A stretch of 64,000 nt of DNA from a virus, in IMG/VR virus record IMGVR_UViG_3300020455_000616. One strand, 5' to 3'. The position numbers and the translations under genes were made by a program. Under the pieces are notes generated by a model. That model worked only from the letters and a program-made list of their open reading frames with translations. It made no database searches and was not told the DNA's origin. Of this stretch, positions 8,001-18,500 are shown piece after piece; the first letter of the stretch is position 1, and every line of letters starts with the position of its first letter.

Positions 8001-9190
8001 AATTTAAATCCTGAGAAGGTGTCCTTCTTAACGTCTTGTTTAATACCACCAACAACATAAGACTCAACCTCAGTCTCTTGTGGTGCTACCTGTAATCCCT
8101 TAGAAGAGATCCAATGCTCTGTCCAAGGTAATGGATTGTTTTTAGCAGGAATGTCATACACTGGTTTTAAACCAATAGACCTCATGCGACGGTTTGCAAT
8201 CCACTCAACATACTTCTGTAAAAGTTTATCATTCAATCCAATCATACTTCCATCCTTAAATAAATACTCTGCCCATTTTCTCTCCTCATTCACAGCACGA
8301 TCAAACATTTGGTATGTCCAATCTTCTTCCTCCTTTGCAATCTGTGCCATCTCAGGATCATCATGACCCTTCCTCCAATAGTTTAATATGTTTTGGGTGA
8401 TGGCGAGGTGTTGATTCTCATCTCTTGCAATAAGGGATATGATCTTAGCTGACCCTTCCATAAGTTTAAGTTCACCAAAGGCAAAACTACAAGCGAAACT
8501 AACATAAAAACGAATACCTTCCAGTATATTGACATTGGCAACTGCTCTATAAAGTGAACGCTTTAAATCTTTTCTTGTCCATTGCGAATTGGGATGGTCT
8601 CTCATGTCATCTGTCCAAGCAGTGCTCTGACCATACTCCTGTGCATATGCAATGAAGTTATCGTAAGACTCAGTAACACTAGCAGCACGTTCTAAAATCT
8701 TTTCATCTCTAAGAATAGTATCAAATACATCAGAAGCCTTTGGATATACATTCTTAACAATATAAGTATATGATCTACTATGAATCATTTCCATAAAAGA
8801 CCAGCACTCCATGCATGCTTCTAACTCAGGTAAAGAACAATAAGGAATGAATGCCATACCAGGTGCTCTACCTTGAACTGAGTCAAGCATAGTCTGGTAC
8901 TTTAAGTTAGATGTAAATATATGTTTTTGTTCTGGACGTAAAGATTGGAAGTCTCCACGATCCTTTTGTAAGGATACCTCTTCTGGTCTCCAAAAATATC
9001 CTAACTGTTGCTTTGTTAAATTCTCAAACTGTGGATACTTAAAACTATCATATCTTTGAACCCCAAGAGGAGCACCAAAGAACATTGGTTGCTTTTTAGT
9101 ATCTACTTCATTTGTGTTGAAGACAGTCATCCCCTTCACTTTTTTATCCATAGTTGTACCTGATGACTGTTGAAAATTGAATTGATTCAT
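7997..9190 (-). CDS. nrdB: ribonucleotide reductase class Ia beta subunit
   Basis: FWRPEEV, EMIHSRSY, LEGIRFYVSF, DENQH diiron ligands; APQETEVESY C-terminus. Confidence 0.98.
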   Translation of the reverse strand: MNQFNFQQSSGTTMDKKVKGMTVFNTNEVDTKKQPMFFGAPLGVQRYDSFKYPQFENLTKQQLGYFWRPEEVSLQKDRGDFQSLRPEQKHIFTSNLKYQTMLDSVQGRAPGMAFIPYCSLPELEACMECWSFMEMIHSRSYTYIVKNVYPKASDVFDTILRDEKILERAASVTESYDNFIAYAQEYGQSTAWTDDMRDHPNSQWTRKDLKRSLYRAVANVNILEGIRFYVSFACSFAFGELKLMEGSAKIISLIARDENQHLAITQNILNYWRKGHDDPEMAQIAKEEEDWTYQMFDRAVNEERKWAEYLFKDGSMIGLNDKLLQKYVEWIANRRMRSIGLKPVYDIPAKNNPLPWTEHWISSKGLQVAPQETEVESYVVGGIKQDVKKDTFSGFKL

Positions 9191-9196
9191 TATACC

Positions 9197-11536
9197 TTAA
9201 ATTTTGCATGACTCACAATCATCATCATCAATCTCACATAACTCATTAAGTAAATCGTGTCCCTCACCTTGAATACCAACTTCCGATACATTATCGTGCC
9301 ATCCTACAGGATGTGATGGTTCAGTCTCATCATGTTTATTATCATAAGTATTCTGATAATAAGATGTCTTCCAACCTAATTTATAAGTCGTCAAAAGATC
9401 CTGTGCCATTTGTGATACAGGTACATCAGAGTCTTCAAAGTGAGTGGGATTATATGACCAGTTACCACTGATCGCCTGATCAAAAAACTTTTGCATTACT
9501 GCAACCACGTTGATATACCCATTGTTACTAGGCATATCCCATAATAAAGTATAGTTATTCTTCAGGGTGTTATAAGACGGAACAATCTGCTTAAGAGGTC
9601 CTTTCTTTGACTTCTTAATGGACAAGTAATCTCTAGGAGGTTCGATTCCATTGGTTGCGTTTGACACAACGGAACTGCTCTCCGAAGGCATTTGTGCGGA
9701 CAGAGTACTGTGCCTGAGTCCATGCTGCTTGATAGATGTCCTAAGACTATCCCAATCATGTGTAAGTGGTTGAGAACAAATCTCGTCTACGTCTTTTTTA
9801 TATGTATCTATTGGAAGAATTCCATCAGCATACTTAGTCTGACTAAAGTATCTACACTTACCTTTTTCCTTAGCAATCTCATTAGATGACTTAAGTAGAT
9901 AGTATTGGAATGATTCAGAAAGTCCATGAACAGCATCCCATGCCTCCTGTGAGTCGTAGTTAAAACCTAACTTAGCAAGATAATGTGCAAGTCCAATGAA
10001 CCCTACTCCAAGGGATCTACGTGCCTTGGTAGCAATCTCTGCTGCAATGACAGGATAATTCTGGTAATCAATTAATTCTTCTAGTCCACGAACTGATAGA
10101 TCACAAAGATCCTCAAGTTCAGTATCAGATCTTACCTTACCTACATTGACAGCAGAGAGAATGCAAAGGGCAATCTCTCCTTCTGGATCATCAATGTGTT
10201 GTAATGGTTTAGTAGGTAGAGTGATCTCTTGACAAAGGTTACTCATCTCAACCTTATCTTTAAATGAACTATGACTATTACAATGGTCAAGGTTCATAAT
10301 ATAGATACGACCAGTCTCTGCTCTCTCCTTAAGAAGATCAAGTATTAGTTCTTGTGCTGAGACGGTAGTTCTTGGGATTGATTCATCAGATTCGTAACGG
10401 CAATATAACTCATCAAACTCAGGGGTCCCAAAACTCTCAAACAAGTTAGGACAATTATGAGGGGAAAATAACGAGATTTCCTTATCTTGGATAAAACGTT
10501 CATAGAATATTTTACTTAACTGGATACTGTAGTCGAGTTTTCTGACTCTGTTGTCTTCGGTTCCTTTGTTGTTTTTGAGGACGAGGATGTCTCTGATTTC
10601 TTGATGCCAAATAGGGAAGTGGACAGTTGCTGAACCGCCTCTGATCCCGTTTTGAGTGCAGCATCGGACAGTTGACTCAAACTTTTTGAGAAAGGGGACC
10701 ACTCCTGTGTGTTGTACTTCGCCGCCACGGATTCTACTGTTGATCCCTCTGATTCGTCCTGCGTTAATGCCGATACCAGCCCTCTGTGCAACGTATTTGC
10801 CAATAGCCACATCAGAGCTAAAGATACTATCGAGGGTGTCATCAATATCAACCAGAACACAAGATGCAAATTGACGAATTGGGGTCCGTACCCCCGCCAT
10901 GATCGGGGTTGGGATGTTGATTCTGTGTTTTGAGATTGCGTTGTAGTATCGTTTGACATAATCGAGCCTCGTTTCTATAGGATATTTTGCAAAAATGGTT
11001 AGAGATATCATCATGTACATGAACTGAGGTGTCTCATAAACCTCATTAGTACTTCTATCTTGAACTAAGTACTTGTCAACTACCTGACGCAAACCTGCGT
11101 AGGTAAAGATATAGTCACGATCATGATCTATAAAAGAATTAACTAACTCAAACTCATCTTCTGTATAGTTATCTAAAATCGCAGGGTCATAGATACCTTT
11201 TTCAATACAGGTCTTAACATGTGGTAGTAAATCAGGGAGATCTCTAAGTCTACCAAAGATCTGTTTACGAACGGAGAATAGAAGAAGTTTTGATGCAACA
11301 AACTGATAGTTGGGATGATCTAAATCAATTAGATCACTAGCAGACTTAATAAGGATCTCCTGTATATCAGAAGTAGACATACCATCATAGAATTGAATCC
11401 CTGACTGTATCTCAACCTGACTCGCAGAGACACCTGCAAGACCCTTAGTTGCTTCTTCCACCATGACATGGATCTTGTTAAGATTAATAGGTTCTATATG
11501 ACCCTTTCTCTTAACTACCTTAATGCCGTTACTCAT
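9197..11536 (-). CDS. nrdA: ribonucleotide reductase class Ia alpha subunit
   Basis: ATP cone, PTPIMAG, FASC, SNLCQEI, C-terminal CESCKI; uninterrupted. Confidence 0.98.
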   Translation of the reverse strand: MSNGIKVVKRKGHIEPINLNKIHVMVEEATKGLAGVSASQVEIQSGIQFYDGMSTSDIQEILIKSASDLIDLDHPNYQFVASKLLLFSVRKQIFGRLRDLPDLLPHVKTCIEKGIYDPAILDNYTEDEFELVNSFIDHDRDYIFTYAGLRQVVDKYLVQDRSTNEVYETPQFMYMMISLTIFAKYPIETRLDYVKRYYNAISKHRINIPTPIMAGVRTPIRQFASCVLVDIDDTLDSIFSSDVAIGKYVAQRAGIGINAGRIRGINSRIRGGEVQHTGVVPFLKKFESTVRCCTQNGIRGGSATVHFPIWHQEIRDILVLKNNKGTEDNRVRKLDYSIQLSKIFYERFIQDKEISLFSPHNCPNLFESFGTPEFDELYCRYESDESIPRTTVSAQELILDLLKERAETGRIYIMNLDHCNSHSSFKDKVEMSNLCQEITLPTKPLQHIDDPEGEIALCILSAVNVGKVRSDTELEDLCDLSVRGLEELIDYQNYPVIAAEIATKARRSLGVGFIGLAHYLAKLGFNYDSQEAWDAVHGLSESFQYYLLKSSNEIAKEKGKCRYFSQTKYADGILPIDTYKKDVDEICSQPLTHDWDSLRTSIKQHGLRHSTLSAQMPSESSSVVSNATNGIEPPRDYLSIKKSKKGPLKQIVPSYNTLKNNYTLLWDMPSNNGYINVVAVMQKFFDQAISGNWSYNPTHFEDSDVPVSQMAQDLLTTYKLGWKTSYYQNTYDNKHDETEPSHPVGWHDNVSEVGIQGEGHDLLNELCEIDDDDCESCKI

Positions 11537-12519
11537 AACTTCTTCCAGTTGTTAAATTTAAGTTTTGCTTCTAAACCTTGATATGTATTAGATTCTACCA
11601 TATTCTGAACGTCATGCCCAGCTAATACCATATCATTTATATCTTTTTGTATCACATGACTTGGGAAGATGACAACTCTTCCACCTGCGTTGATGGTGTT
11701 GGAGATTCTTGTTGTAATCTCCTTATTCCTCGGCTCGTTATCATAAACCCAAATAGGATCGCTAACACCCCACTTCCTAACATCACCGTCTGCACCACAC
11801 ATAGCGATGCTATTGCAAACGAACGAGCTGTCGAACGGTCCTTCTGTAACGAAGACTGGAGCATCTGCTCTGATGTTATCCAGTCCGTAGATCTTTGGTG
11901 CTTCATCATCAATCATTATAGTAATGTATTTAACCTTGCTAGGAACCAGTGCTCTGCCTTGGAATCCAACTAGATTATTTTGATAATACAAAGGAATAAT
12001 TATCCTTGGTTCATCATATTTTAAATCACTCTGTCCAAAAGTATTACGAACTTTGGTATTAGTCCATCTTTTGAAATTGTCCGCATAATAAAATTTATTC
12101 GGATCAATCTTTCTACGCTCCAAGTATGTTGTTGCTGCAACATTTGCACTTGCTTTGGGTAGATCTAACTCAGGTGCTTTAGGTTTAAATTTTGGTTTCT
12201 CAAAATGAAAGTCGGGTTCCTTGACGACAAAATTGCCACCAGCGTTACCCGACTTAAACTTCTCTAGGACGTACTGTTTGTGTAGAGTAACATCCATCTC
12301 TTTGAGAAAATTATTTAAAGACAAACTTGCACCACAGTTATGGCACTTGAAGTTTGTATTATTTTTGACAGCATAAAGATAACCTCTAGCTTTATTCTTA
12401 TGCTTCTTTGAATCTCCACACACAGGACACCTGAAGTTATAAAGGTCAGGTTTAACCTTTTTAAACTTCTGCAATCTTGACGATACTAGATTTATAAACC
12501 TAGTGTCAATGTAATCCAT
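11533..12519 (-). CDS. g61: DNA primase (T4 gp61)
   Basis: Zn finger CPVCGDS...CHNC, EGPFD and DNE TOPRIM motifs. Confidence 0.95.
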   Translation of the reverse strand: MDYIDTRFINLVSSRLQKFKKVKPDLYNFRCPVCGDSKKHKNKARGYLYAVKNNTNFKCHNCGASLSLNNFLKEMDVTLHKQYVLEKFKSGNAGGNFVVKEPDFHFEKPKFKPKAPELDLPKASANVAATTYLERRKIDPNKFYYADNFKRWTNTKVRNTFGQSDLKYDEPRIIIPLYYQNNLVGFQGRALVPSKVKYITIMIDDEAPKIYGLDNIRADAPVFVTEGPFDSSFVCNSIAMCGADGDVRKWGVSDPIWVYDNEPRNKEITTRISNTINAGGRVVIFPSHVIQKDINDMVLAGHDVQNMVESNTYQGLEAKLKFNNWKKL

Positions 12520-12543
12520 TCAAATGCCAGTGTGTACCACTAG

Positions 12544-12572
12544 ATACTAGCACTGCCAAAACTTCCTGTCAA
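12544..12572 (-). promoter_or_regulatory. sigma70-like promoter TTGACA-17-TAGTAT upstream of primase
   Basis: -35 12567-12572, -10 12544-12549. Confidence 0.7.
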
Positions 12573-12669
12573 CGTTTGACTCCCATAAACAGGCAGTCAT
12601 AAGTCCAGTGTATAGTATGACTTGGTTTGTAACCGTTAACCAATGATATACACTCTCTGATCTAATCAT
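12547..12669 (-). CDS. putative 40 aa small protein
   Basis: MIRSESVYHWLTVTNQVILYTGLMTACLWESNVDRKFWQC*; follows late promoter ATAAATA at 12692-12698. Confidence 0.4.
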   Translation of the reverse strand: MIRSESVYHWLTVTNQVILYTGLMTACLWESNVDRKFWQC

Positions 12670-12694
12670 GGTTGCTCTATGCAATCAAGATTAT

Positions 12695-13072
12695 TTATTT
12701 TGATATATTTTCTACTTGCGTTGCTGGTAAAAAACCTTTGATAACTACTTGTCCGACTGGACTAACGATGAAAGATATAATACTAAGAGCACCAAATATA
12801 GTCCACATCTTCTTCTCCATGATACGGAGTCTGTCGTCAACTTTACGTATATCTCTTTCACATCCTTTTTTGATTTCATCTGTCTTACGGGTTACTTCTC
12901 TATGTAATGATTCCACCTTCTCAAATAATACAGCATCTATTCTATCTTGTTTATCTAACTTCTCATTATGAACCGCAAGCAGTTGCCCCATCTTCGTGGA
13001 ATTATCCTGAAGGGTGCTAACTACTTTTTCTAATCTCTCTAGGATAGCAGCGTTGATACTTTCGTCAGGCAT
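12695..13072 (-). CDS. coiled-coil protein with C-terminal TM helix
   Basis: Heptad-rich body then MWTIFGALSIISFIVSPV; start moved to MPDES. Confidence 0.7.
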   Translation of the reverse strand: MPDESINAAILERLEKVVSTLQDNSTKMGQLLAVHNEKLDKQDRIDAVLFEKVESLHREVTRKTDEIKKGCERDIRKVDDRLRIMEKKMWTIFGALSIISFIVSPVGQVVIKGFLPATQVENISK

Positions 13073-13281
13073 TATCCTACAGTCCAATTCTTACGGGTGT
13101 TCTTAGCATAGATATATCTCTTCTTCTTTTTACGTACTGGAGGATCATCTCCTGCCTGTATAGATCCAGCGATCTGACCACCACCAATACTATTAGTAAT
13201 AGCTCCTGCAGCACCACCTTCCTCTTCGACCTTACCGAGAGTCCTAATCATTTGGATTATGCGATCAAGGTTTGTCGCCAT
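13072..13281 (-). CDS. hypothetical protein
   Basis: Gly-rich centre, basic RKKKKR C-terminus. Confidence 0.65.
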   Translation of the reverse strand: MATNLDRIIQMIRTLGKVEEEGGAAGAITNSIGGGQIAGSIQAGDDPPVRKKKKRYIYAKNTRKNWTVG

Positions 13282-13657
13282 CTTTGTATACCTTATGTAA
13301 TTCTGCTAAACATTCCAAGTCAACTGGAATATCATGTATATGTGATTTAGGATAATCAGGCATTTTGTTTAAGAATATAACGAATGTCTTCATTACATCC
13401 CACAACTCTTTCTCAATTTTGTAAAACAACATAGGAGTTGTTGCATCACCAAATATATTATATAACACTATAAAGTGATTGATAAGTAAATGAGTCTTAA
13501 GTTGACCTGTATTCTTATATCTCTTTAATAGTCTTTTTATATACTTAAAATGATTTAGATCTTTATCGAAATCCTCTTTGGTCACTGCCTGAGGATTCTC
13601 ATAATTACGAATGGCAAATAATAAAAAATTACCGTCATTCAATTCATTAAATATCAT
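13265..13657 (-). CDS. conserved T4-like phage hypothetical protein
   Basis: 130 aa; FKYIKRLL..Y...G.LK.HLLINH pattern typical of cyanomyovirus core hypotheticals. Confidence 0.75.
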   Translation of the reverse strand: MIFNELNDGNFLLFAIRNYENPQAVTKEDFDKDLNHFKYIKRLLKRYKNTGQLKTHLLINHFIVLYNIFGDATTPMLFYKIEKELWDVMKTFVIFLNKMPDYPKSHIHDIPVDLECLAELHKVYKDGDKP

Positions 13658-13676
13658 ATCATATTAATGCAGTTTT

Positions 13677-14222
13677 TTAGACTGTTGGGTTTGTATCGTA
13701 TATAGGTACGTTACCAGTTGTAATTCCAGACATAGCAACTAGAGTCTCTTTCTTAACTCTTAGGTTACCGTGCTGATCGACATAAGTTGTAACACCAACC
13801 CATCCACCATGAGTTACTTCATAAGCAGAAGCAGCAGTATTAGTTACTCCTTCAGCAGCAACACCATATGTCAATGTATCAGTTACACCATAAGCAGTGT
13901 TCTCACTCTGGGTTGAATCGAGTACAGTATACTTAGGTTGTTGTGTTACAGTAAAGTCAGTATTTGCAATTGCAACACCGCTAAGACCAGCAGTAGATCC
14001 AATTGTTAATTGTGTAGCACTTGCGATGCTTACAATTACTGCGTCACCAAAATATGTACCAATACCCGTCTGGGTTATGTTACCAAATCTTATAACGTCT
14101 CCTTCCTGTGCTGAACCTGCTGCACCAAATGCTGTGCCAGTTGCAGTCACAATACCAGTGGCATAATTCAACCATACCTGTCCAGCAGAAGTCACGTTAT
14201 CGCTATTACCCCAGAGTGCCAT
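13677..14222 (-). CDS. putative virion structural (head/fibre-like) protein
   Basis: MALWG start, Thr/Gly/Ala-rich beta character, HGGWVG..GNLRVKKETLVAM C-terminus; late promoter upstream. Confidence 0.65.
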   Translation of the reverse strand: MALWGNSDNVTSAGQVWLNYATGIVTATGTAFGAAGSAQEGDVIRFGNITQTGIGTYFGDAVIVSIASATQLTIGSTAGLSGVAIANTDFTVTQQPKYTVLDSTQSENTAYGVTDTLTYGVAAEGVTNTAASAYEVTHGGWVGVTTYVDQHGNLRVKKETLVAMSGITTGNVPIYDTNPTV

Positions 14223-14261
14223 TTGTTTACGTCCGTAATGAAATTGTGTTTTGCCTGTTTT

Positions 14262-14268
14262 TATTTAT
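14262..14268 (-). promoter_or_regulatory. late promoter ATAAATA
   Basis: Intergenic, 40 bp upstream of the structural gene. Confidence 0.65.
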
Positions 14269-14277
14269 GTCTTGAGC

Positions 14278-14312
14278 AACCTTAGACTGGGCACAGTCTA
14301 AGGTTTTTTTTT
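14278..14312 (+). terminator. perfect 12 bp hairpin with T-tract on the + strand
   Basis: AACCTTAGACTG-GGCA-CAGTCTAAGGTT followed by TTTTTTT; no U-tract on the minus strand. Confidence 0.6.
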
Positions 14313-14322
14313 ACCTATAAGA

Positions 14323-14508
14323 TCAGGATAGAAGTGCTTTCTCTAAAGCTTCTACTAACTGATCATCTACCTTATTCCCTGACTTAGCAGCAGCCTTTTT
14401 GAGTAGTCCGATAACAAACTCTTTAAGTTTTGTCTCTAGATCCTCTGGGATCTTATCTACCGCTTTATTAATAACGTTGATAGCGATAGGAAGTAAAAAT
14501 TTAGTCAT
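14323..14508 (-). CDS. small helical hypothetical protein
   Basis: 61 aa amphipathic ORF; late promoter CTAAATA at 14530-14536. Confidence 0.7.
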   Translation of the reverse strand: MTKFLLPIAINVINKAVDKIPEDLETKLKEFVIGLLKKAAAKSGNKVDDQLVEALEKALLS

Positions 14509-14548
14509 AATAATACCATGTGCGTGTATTATTTAGCAATCAAAGCAC

Positions 14549-14875
14549 TTAATCATACTTCTTCTTGCCGCCCTTCATATATCCTGTTCCTTTTTTATCG
14601 TAAAATTTGACACCCTTCTCTGTCATTCTAGGTTTTTGTGTTTCCATTTCTGCTCTCCTTTTCTTCCAAGTTCTGTAAGTCTCACTGTCTTTTGATTGTC
14701 CAACCTTCTTCTTACCGTGCATCATACGGTCTTTATTATACTTATTCTCTGCCTCGTGATCGTCTCTCTTCTTCTTATCATTTTCATTATCAAAGGTATT
14801 ACCATACTTCGCTTCATCCAACCAAGGTTGGTGCTTACTGGCATAAAATGCATCTGGTAGGAATCTAAATGTCAT
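14549..14875 (-). CDS. highly charged protein, putative internal head protein
   Basis: Lys/Asp/Glu-rich, WLDE-A possible prohead protease site. Confidence 0.6.
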   Translation of the reverse strand: MTFRFLPDAFYASKHQPWLDEAKYGNTFDNENDKKKRDDHEAENKYNKDRMMHGKKKVGQSKDSETYRTWKKRRAEMETQKPRMTEKGVKFYDKKGTGYMKGGKKKYD

Positions 14876-15135
14876 GACGCAAGTTTGTTTGCAGTATTAT
14901 ACATGACATCCTTATGTCTTTTACCGTACAAATTCTTAAATCTTCCTAAAGATTTACGTTCCATACCCCTAACAATCCTTTCTGCCTCTGGACTATTTGC
15001 TTTTAGTTCAGGTTCGTCAGGTTTTGTAACGCCTCTTTTATTTTTAATGGCAGACTTATTCCTCTCAGCAGCGGCTGCTACCCTGTCTGCGAGACTCTCT
15101 TCTTGGAATTGTTTAAATGTTTTTAACACTTCCAT
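14872..15135 (-). CDS. putative internal head protein with capsid-targeting-like N-terminus
   Basis: LKTFKQFQEES resembles T4 IPIII MKTYQEFIAE. Confidence 0.6.
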   Translation of the reverse strand: MEVLKTFKQFQEESLADRVAAAAERNKSAIKNKRGVTKPDEPELKANSPEAERIVRGMERKSLGRFKNLYGKRHKDVMYNTANKLAS

Positions 15136-15503
15136 TTTCTTAATGCCAATGCTTTACGAGTTGGTTCACCATTTGGTTTTTTCATTGGTCCTTTTACACC
15201 ACCCATTCTAGCACAGAATGATTTCTTTCTAGGACCTCCCTCTGGTTGGGGTCTCTTTAAATCACTACCAGGATTCTCACGTTCATAGGACTTACGTCCC
15301 TTCTCGTTTAAACCACCTTCTTTATTCTTACCTGCTTTCTTTGTCCAAGCAGCACCTTCACTTGTTGTTGTGGTGTGCTTCTCATCAGGTTCATTCTTTG
15401 CAAGATTTTTCTTCAGTTTTTTTGCAGAGAGTTTAGGTCCACCAATTATATCACCATACTCATCTCTCTTAGTTGCTTCTTGGAATTCGTTAAAAGTCTT
15501 CAT
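15123..15503 (-). CDS. putative internal head protein (DUF6321-like)
   Basis: MKTFNEFQEA N-terminus; KEGGLNEKGRKSYERENPGSDLK..RKKSFCARM module. Confidence 0.65.
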   Translation of the reverse strand: MKTFNEFQEATKRDEYGDIIGGPKLSAKKLKKNLAKNEPDEKHTTTTSEGAAWTKKAGKNKEGGLNEKGRKSYERENPGSDLKRPQPEGGPRKKSFCARMGGVKGPMKKPNGEPTRKALALRKWKC

Positions 15504-15505
15504 GG

Positions 15506-18500
15506 TTAAGTTCCTAATCCTTTACCTTTTTTATAGTTGTCTTCACTACCATATCTTGCGACGGTATTAGTATAGTCTTGAGTATTTTTAAATCCTGCTT
15601 TTTTTGCACGATCAGCATACTCTTTCTTTGACTTCTGCTTTTCAAGGTACTTACCAGTTCCAGCAGTAGATTTAACACCCTTTGCTTTCTTCACTTGTCC
15701 CTCTGGTTTACCAGTGTCCTTACGGATACTAGTTCTAACTGCTCTCATTACACGACTGGAAGTTCCACCCTTCTCGGTTGGTCTACCTTTAGGCATGTTC
15801 ATAGAACCAGATGACTTACCAGTCTCCTTTTCATACCTGTTCAATTCAACTACTGTCTCTTCTTTAGATACTGTAGCACGTCCACCACCTTTTTTGATAC
15901 TGTCAGCAAATTTCTTCGCTGTCTTCTCATCTTGATAGGAGAACTGTGAAGGTTTATTGTCCTTATCAGTCTTAGCAAGTACTCTATATGCTTCAAAATG
16001 AGGGTTCTTCATCTTAGGACCTTTCATAAGATCCTTACGTGCCTTCTCATTATTTGCCTTACGCTTTTCCCAATTAGGTTCATCGTAAGTATCATCCTTC
16101 TTCTTACCTTCAAGAACTTGACCTTCAGGTTCAAAGTGAGCAACAACATCACCTCCAGCACCTGCCCTTACAGCCTGTACCTTTTTCTGAAGAATCTGTC
16201 GCTTCATTACAGCAACCTTCTTCTCCTTCCTTTCAATCTGCTTATTCATACCCTCTGCTTTTTTATCTGCAGGAGCAGAACCTGCATCATCCTTTTTTAA
16301 ATCTAATGCTTCGTTCGCTTTTTTGTTTTTTACGTATGCAGTATAGGTAGGACTCTTTGCCTTTACCTTTTCACCTGCTCTTCTCTTTGCTTTGTTACCT
16401 TCACCTCTATCAGAGTCTTCCCAATCACCAGTTGATTTTTGAGATGGAGGATGAATAGATGACTTCATAGCAGCTTTGGAATAACCTTTACCACCAAGTC
16501 TTTCATCAATTTCAACTTCTTCACGAGCAGTATGACCACTAGGTTGTCTACCCATTGATACGTCTTGTTGACGCATCTTTGCTAATAATTCACGTTGCTT
16601 GCGTATCTTTTCTCTTTGAGACTCAGTTTGTTTACGCTCAGTATTCTGTTGTTTATTAGACAAATCAGGGTTTACACCACCACCTTTGGGGTCTATGGCT
16701 TCTTTATTGAGTTTTTTTTTATTCCAAGAATCAAGTGCGTCTACTGGACGACCACCTTTAGCAAGAGTTGCTTTCTTATGTGCTTGGAATGCAGCAGCAC
16801 TTTTTTCTCTAGCAGACTTATCTGCAGAAGCTTTTGCTGCTTGCTTTGCTACGTTCGCTTTACTCATAGCATCAATTTTTTTGACACTTGGATGTAGTTC
16901 TTCACTTACTTCATCTTCTTTAACACAATTAGGAACAACCTTTCCACCCTTCTTCTTTGTACCCTTTGCCTTGTAACCATCCCAACAAGAGTCTGCACCC
17001 ACATTCTTACGTGCTTGCTTCATCTTACCTTCAACATTTAATGTCTTAGGATAGTCCTTGTCACCTTTCTTAGCAGGTGCTTCTCCTCTCTTTCTCTTAG
17101 CATGGATGTTATCCCAGAGACCTTTCTTCTCCTCGACTTCCTCTACTTCTTCCCTCTGCTGTCCACCTTCGATTGCTCGGATTGCTAGTTTACTACCTGC
17201 TTTACTAATTCCCTTTGCTCTCTTCCATGCTTTGTCACGTTTCTGTGTAGCTTTTTTACTATCTGCACCATCAAAAGCAGAATGAACACCACTACTAGAT
17301 GCTTTTTGTAAACTATCAGCAGTAGCTTTGTTGATATAACTTGATAGAGTTGTGGATTTTAGTTCTTCAATGTTTGCAACTTGTTCATTAGTTAATTCAT
17401 CAACACCTAATACGTATCCCCCAAGGGTTTCAATTCCTTCTTCTAGTTTAGGATTAATGATAATAGTGTTTTTACCCTTGAGTTCCTGTATCTTTTTTGG
17501 CGTAGACTCCTTCTTAATAATTTCAGTTAAGTCAAACTCTTCCTTCCAATTAGAGAACTCTTCCTTCTTAACCTTCTTACCCATTGCCTTTTTAATGGCT
17601 CTATCTTTAGAACCTTTATACTCTGCCTTTGGAGATTCTAACTTACCATCCTTATCGAAGTCCTTCTTCGCCTTTTTTTGTGCGGGGAACTTACCAGGAT
17701 TCTTTTTATCTTCAGGTTTCTCATCATATGTTGTACCATATGAAGTACCTGTTACAGAACTAATCTGAGGATTCTTCCGTAATTCATACTTCTTCTTGGC
17801 ATCTGCATACCTACGGTATTGCTTACCTTGACCTTTTACTGGGGTAACAAGAACTTTATCCTTACCCTTCTTTTTAGAAGGAGTTGATACTTTCTTTGCC
17901 TTTGCTTCTTCTATAGAACTAGGTGCAGTATCCTCTATATCATGCTCTATAACTTTACCTTCTGCATCCTTTTCATGATGCTCATTTGCTTTTCTTTGAC
18001 CTTTTTGAGCTTGCTTCTTAAGTCCTTTCTTAAGACCTGCAACATATCCTACCGCTTTAACTGGTAATTTAATTGCTGTATCAGCAACTTCACCTGCTGC
18101 ACTAAAAGTCTTATCAACTGCTGATCCAATGGATTCCTGTTGTGTCTCTTCGTTTGCTTTTCTTTGACCTTTTTGAGCTTGCTTCTTAAGTCCTTTCTTA
18201 AGACCTGCGACATATCCAACTGCCTTTACAGGTAGTTTAATTGCTGTATCAGCAACTTCACCTGCTGCACTAAAACTCTTATCAATTGCGGAACCGATAG
18301 ATTCTTTTGCAACCTTCTTCTTCATACCATATCCTTCCTTCTTATCTAAAGGTCCTGGTCTTGTATCACCTTTAGACTTACGCTTCTTCTCTAATCTTTG
18401 TAATGCTGCAAATACTTCAGGGGGAAGTTGTGGTGCTTCAGATATCCTTTCAACCTCTTCCTTCTGTCCACCACCAAAAAGCATTCCTTTAGCAAGTTCT

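Noticed and set aside
9639-9650. GGTTCGATTCCA resembling a tRNA T-arm
   Set aside because: It lies inside nrdA coding sequence (NGIEPP) with no acceptor, D or anticodon arms; no tRNA was found in the window
12576-12604. Plus-strand TTGACT-17-ATAAGT promoter near primase
   Set aside because: The -10 match is poor; likely chance in AT-rich DNA
17985-18304. Direct repeats as a possible CRISPR or mini-array
   Set aside because: Only two long in-frame coding repeats; no short repeat-spacer pattern
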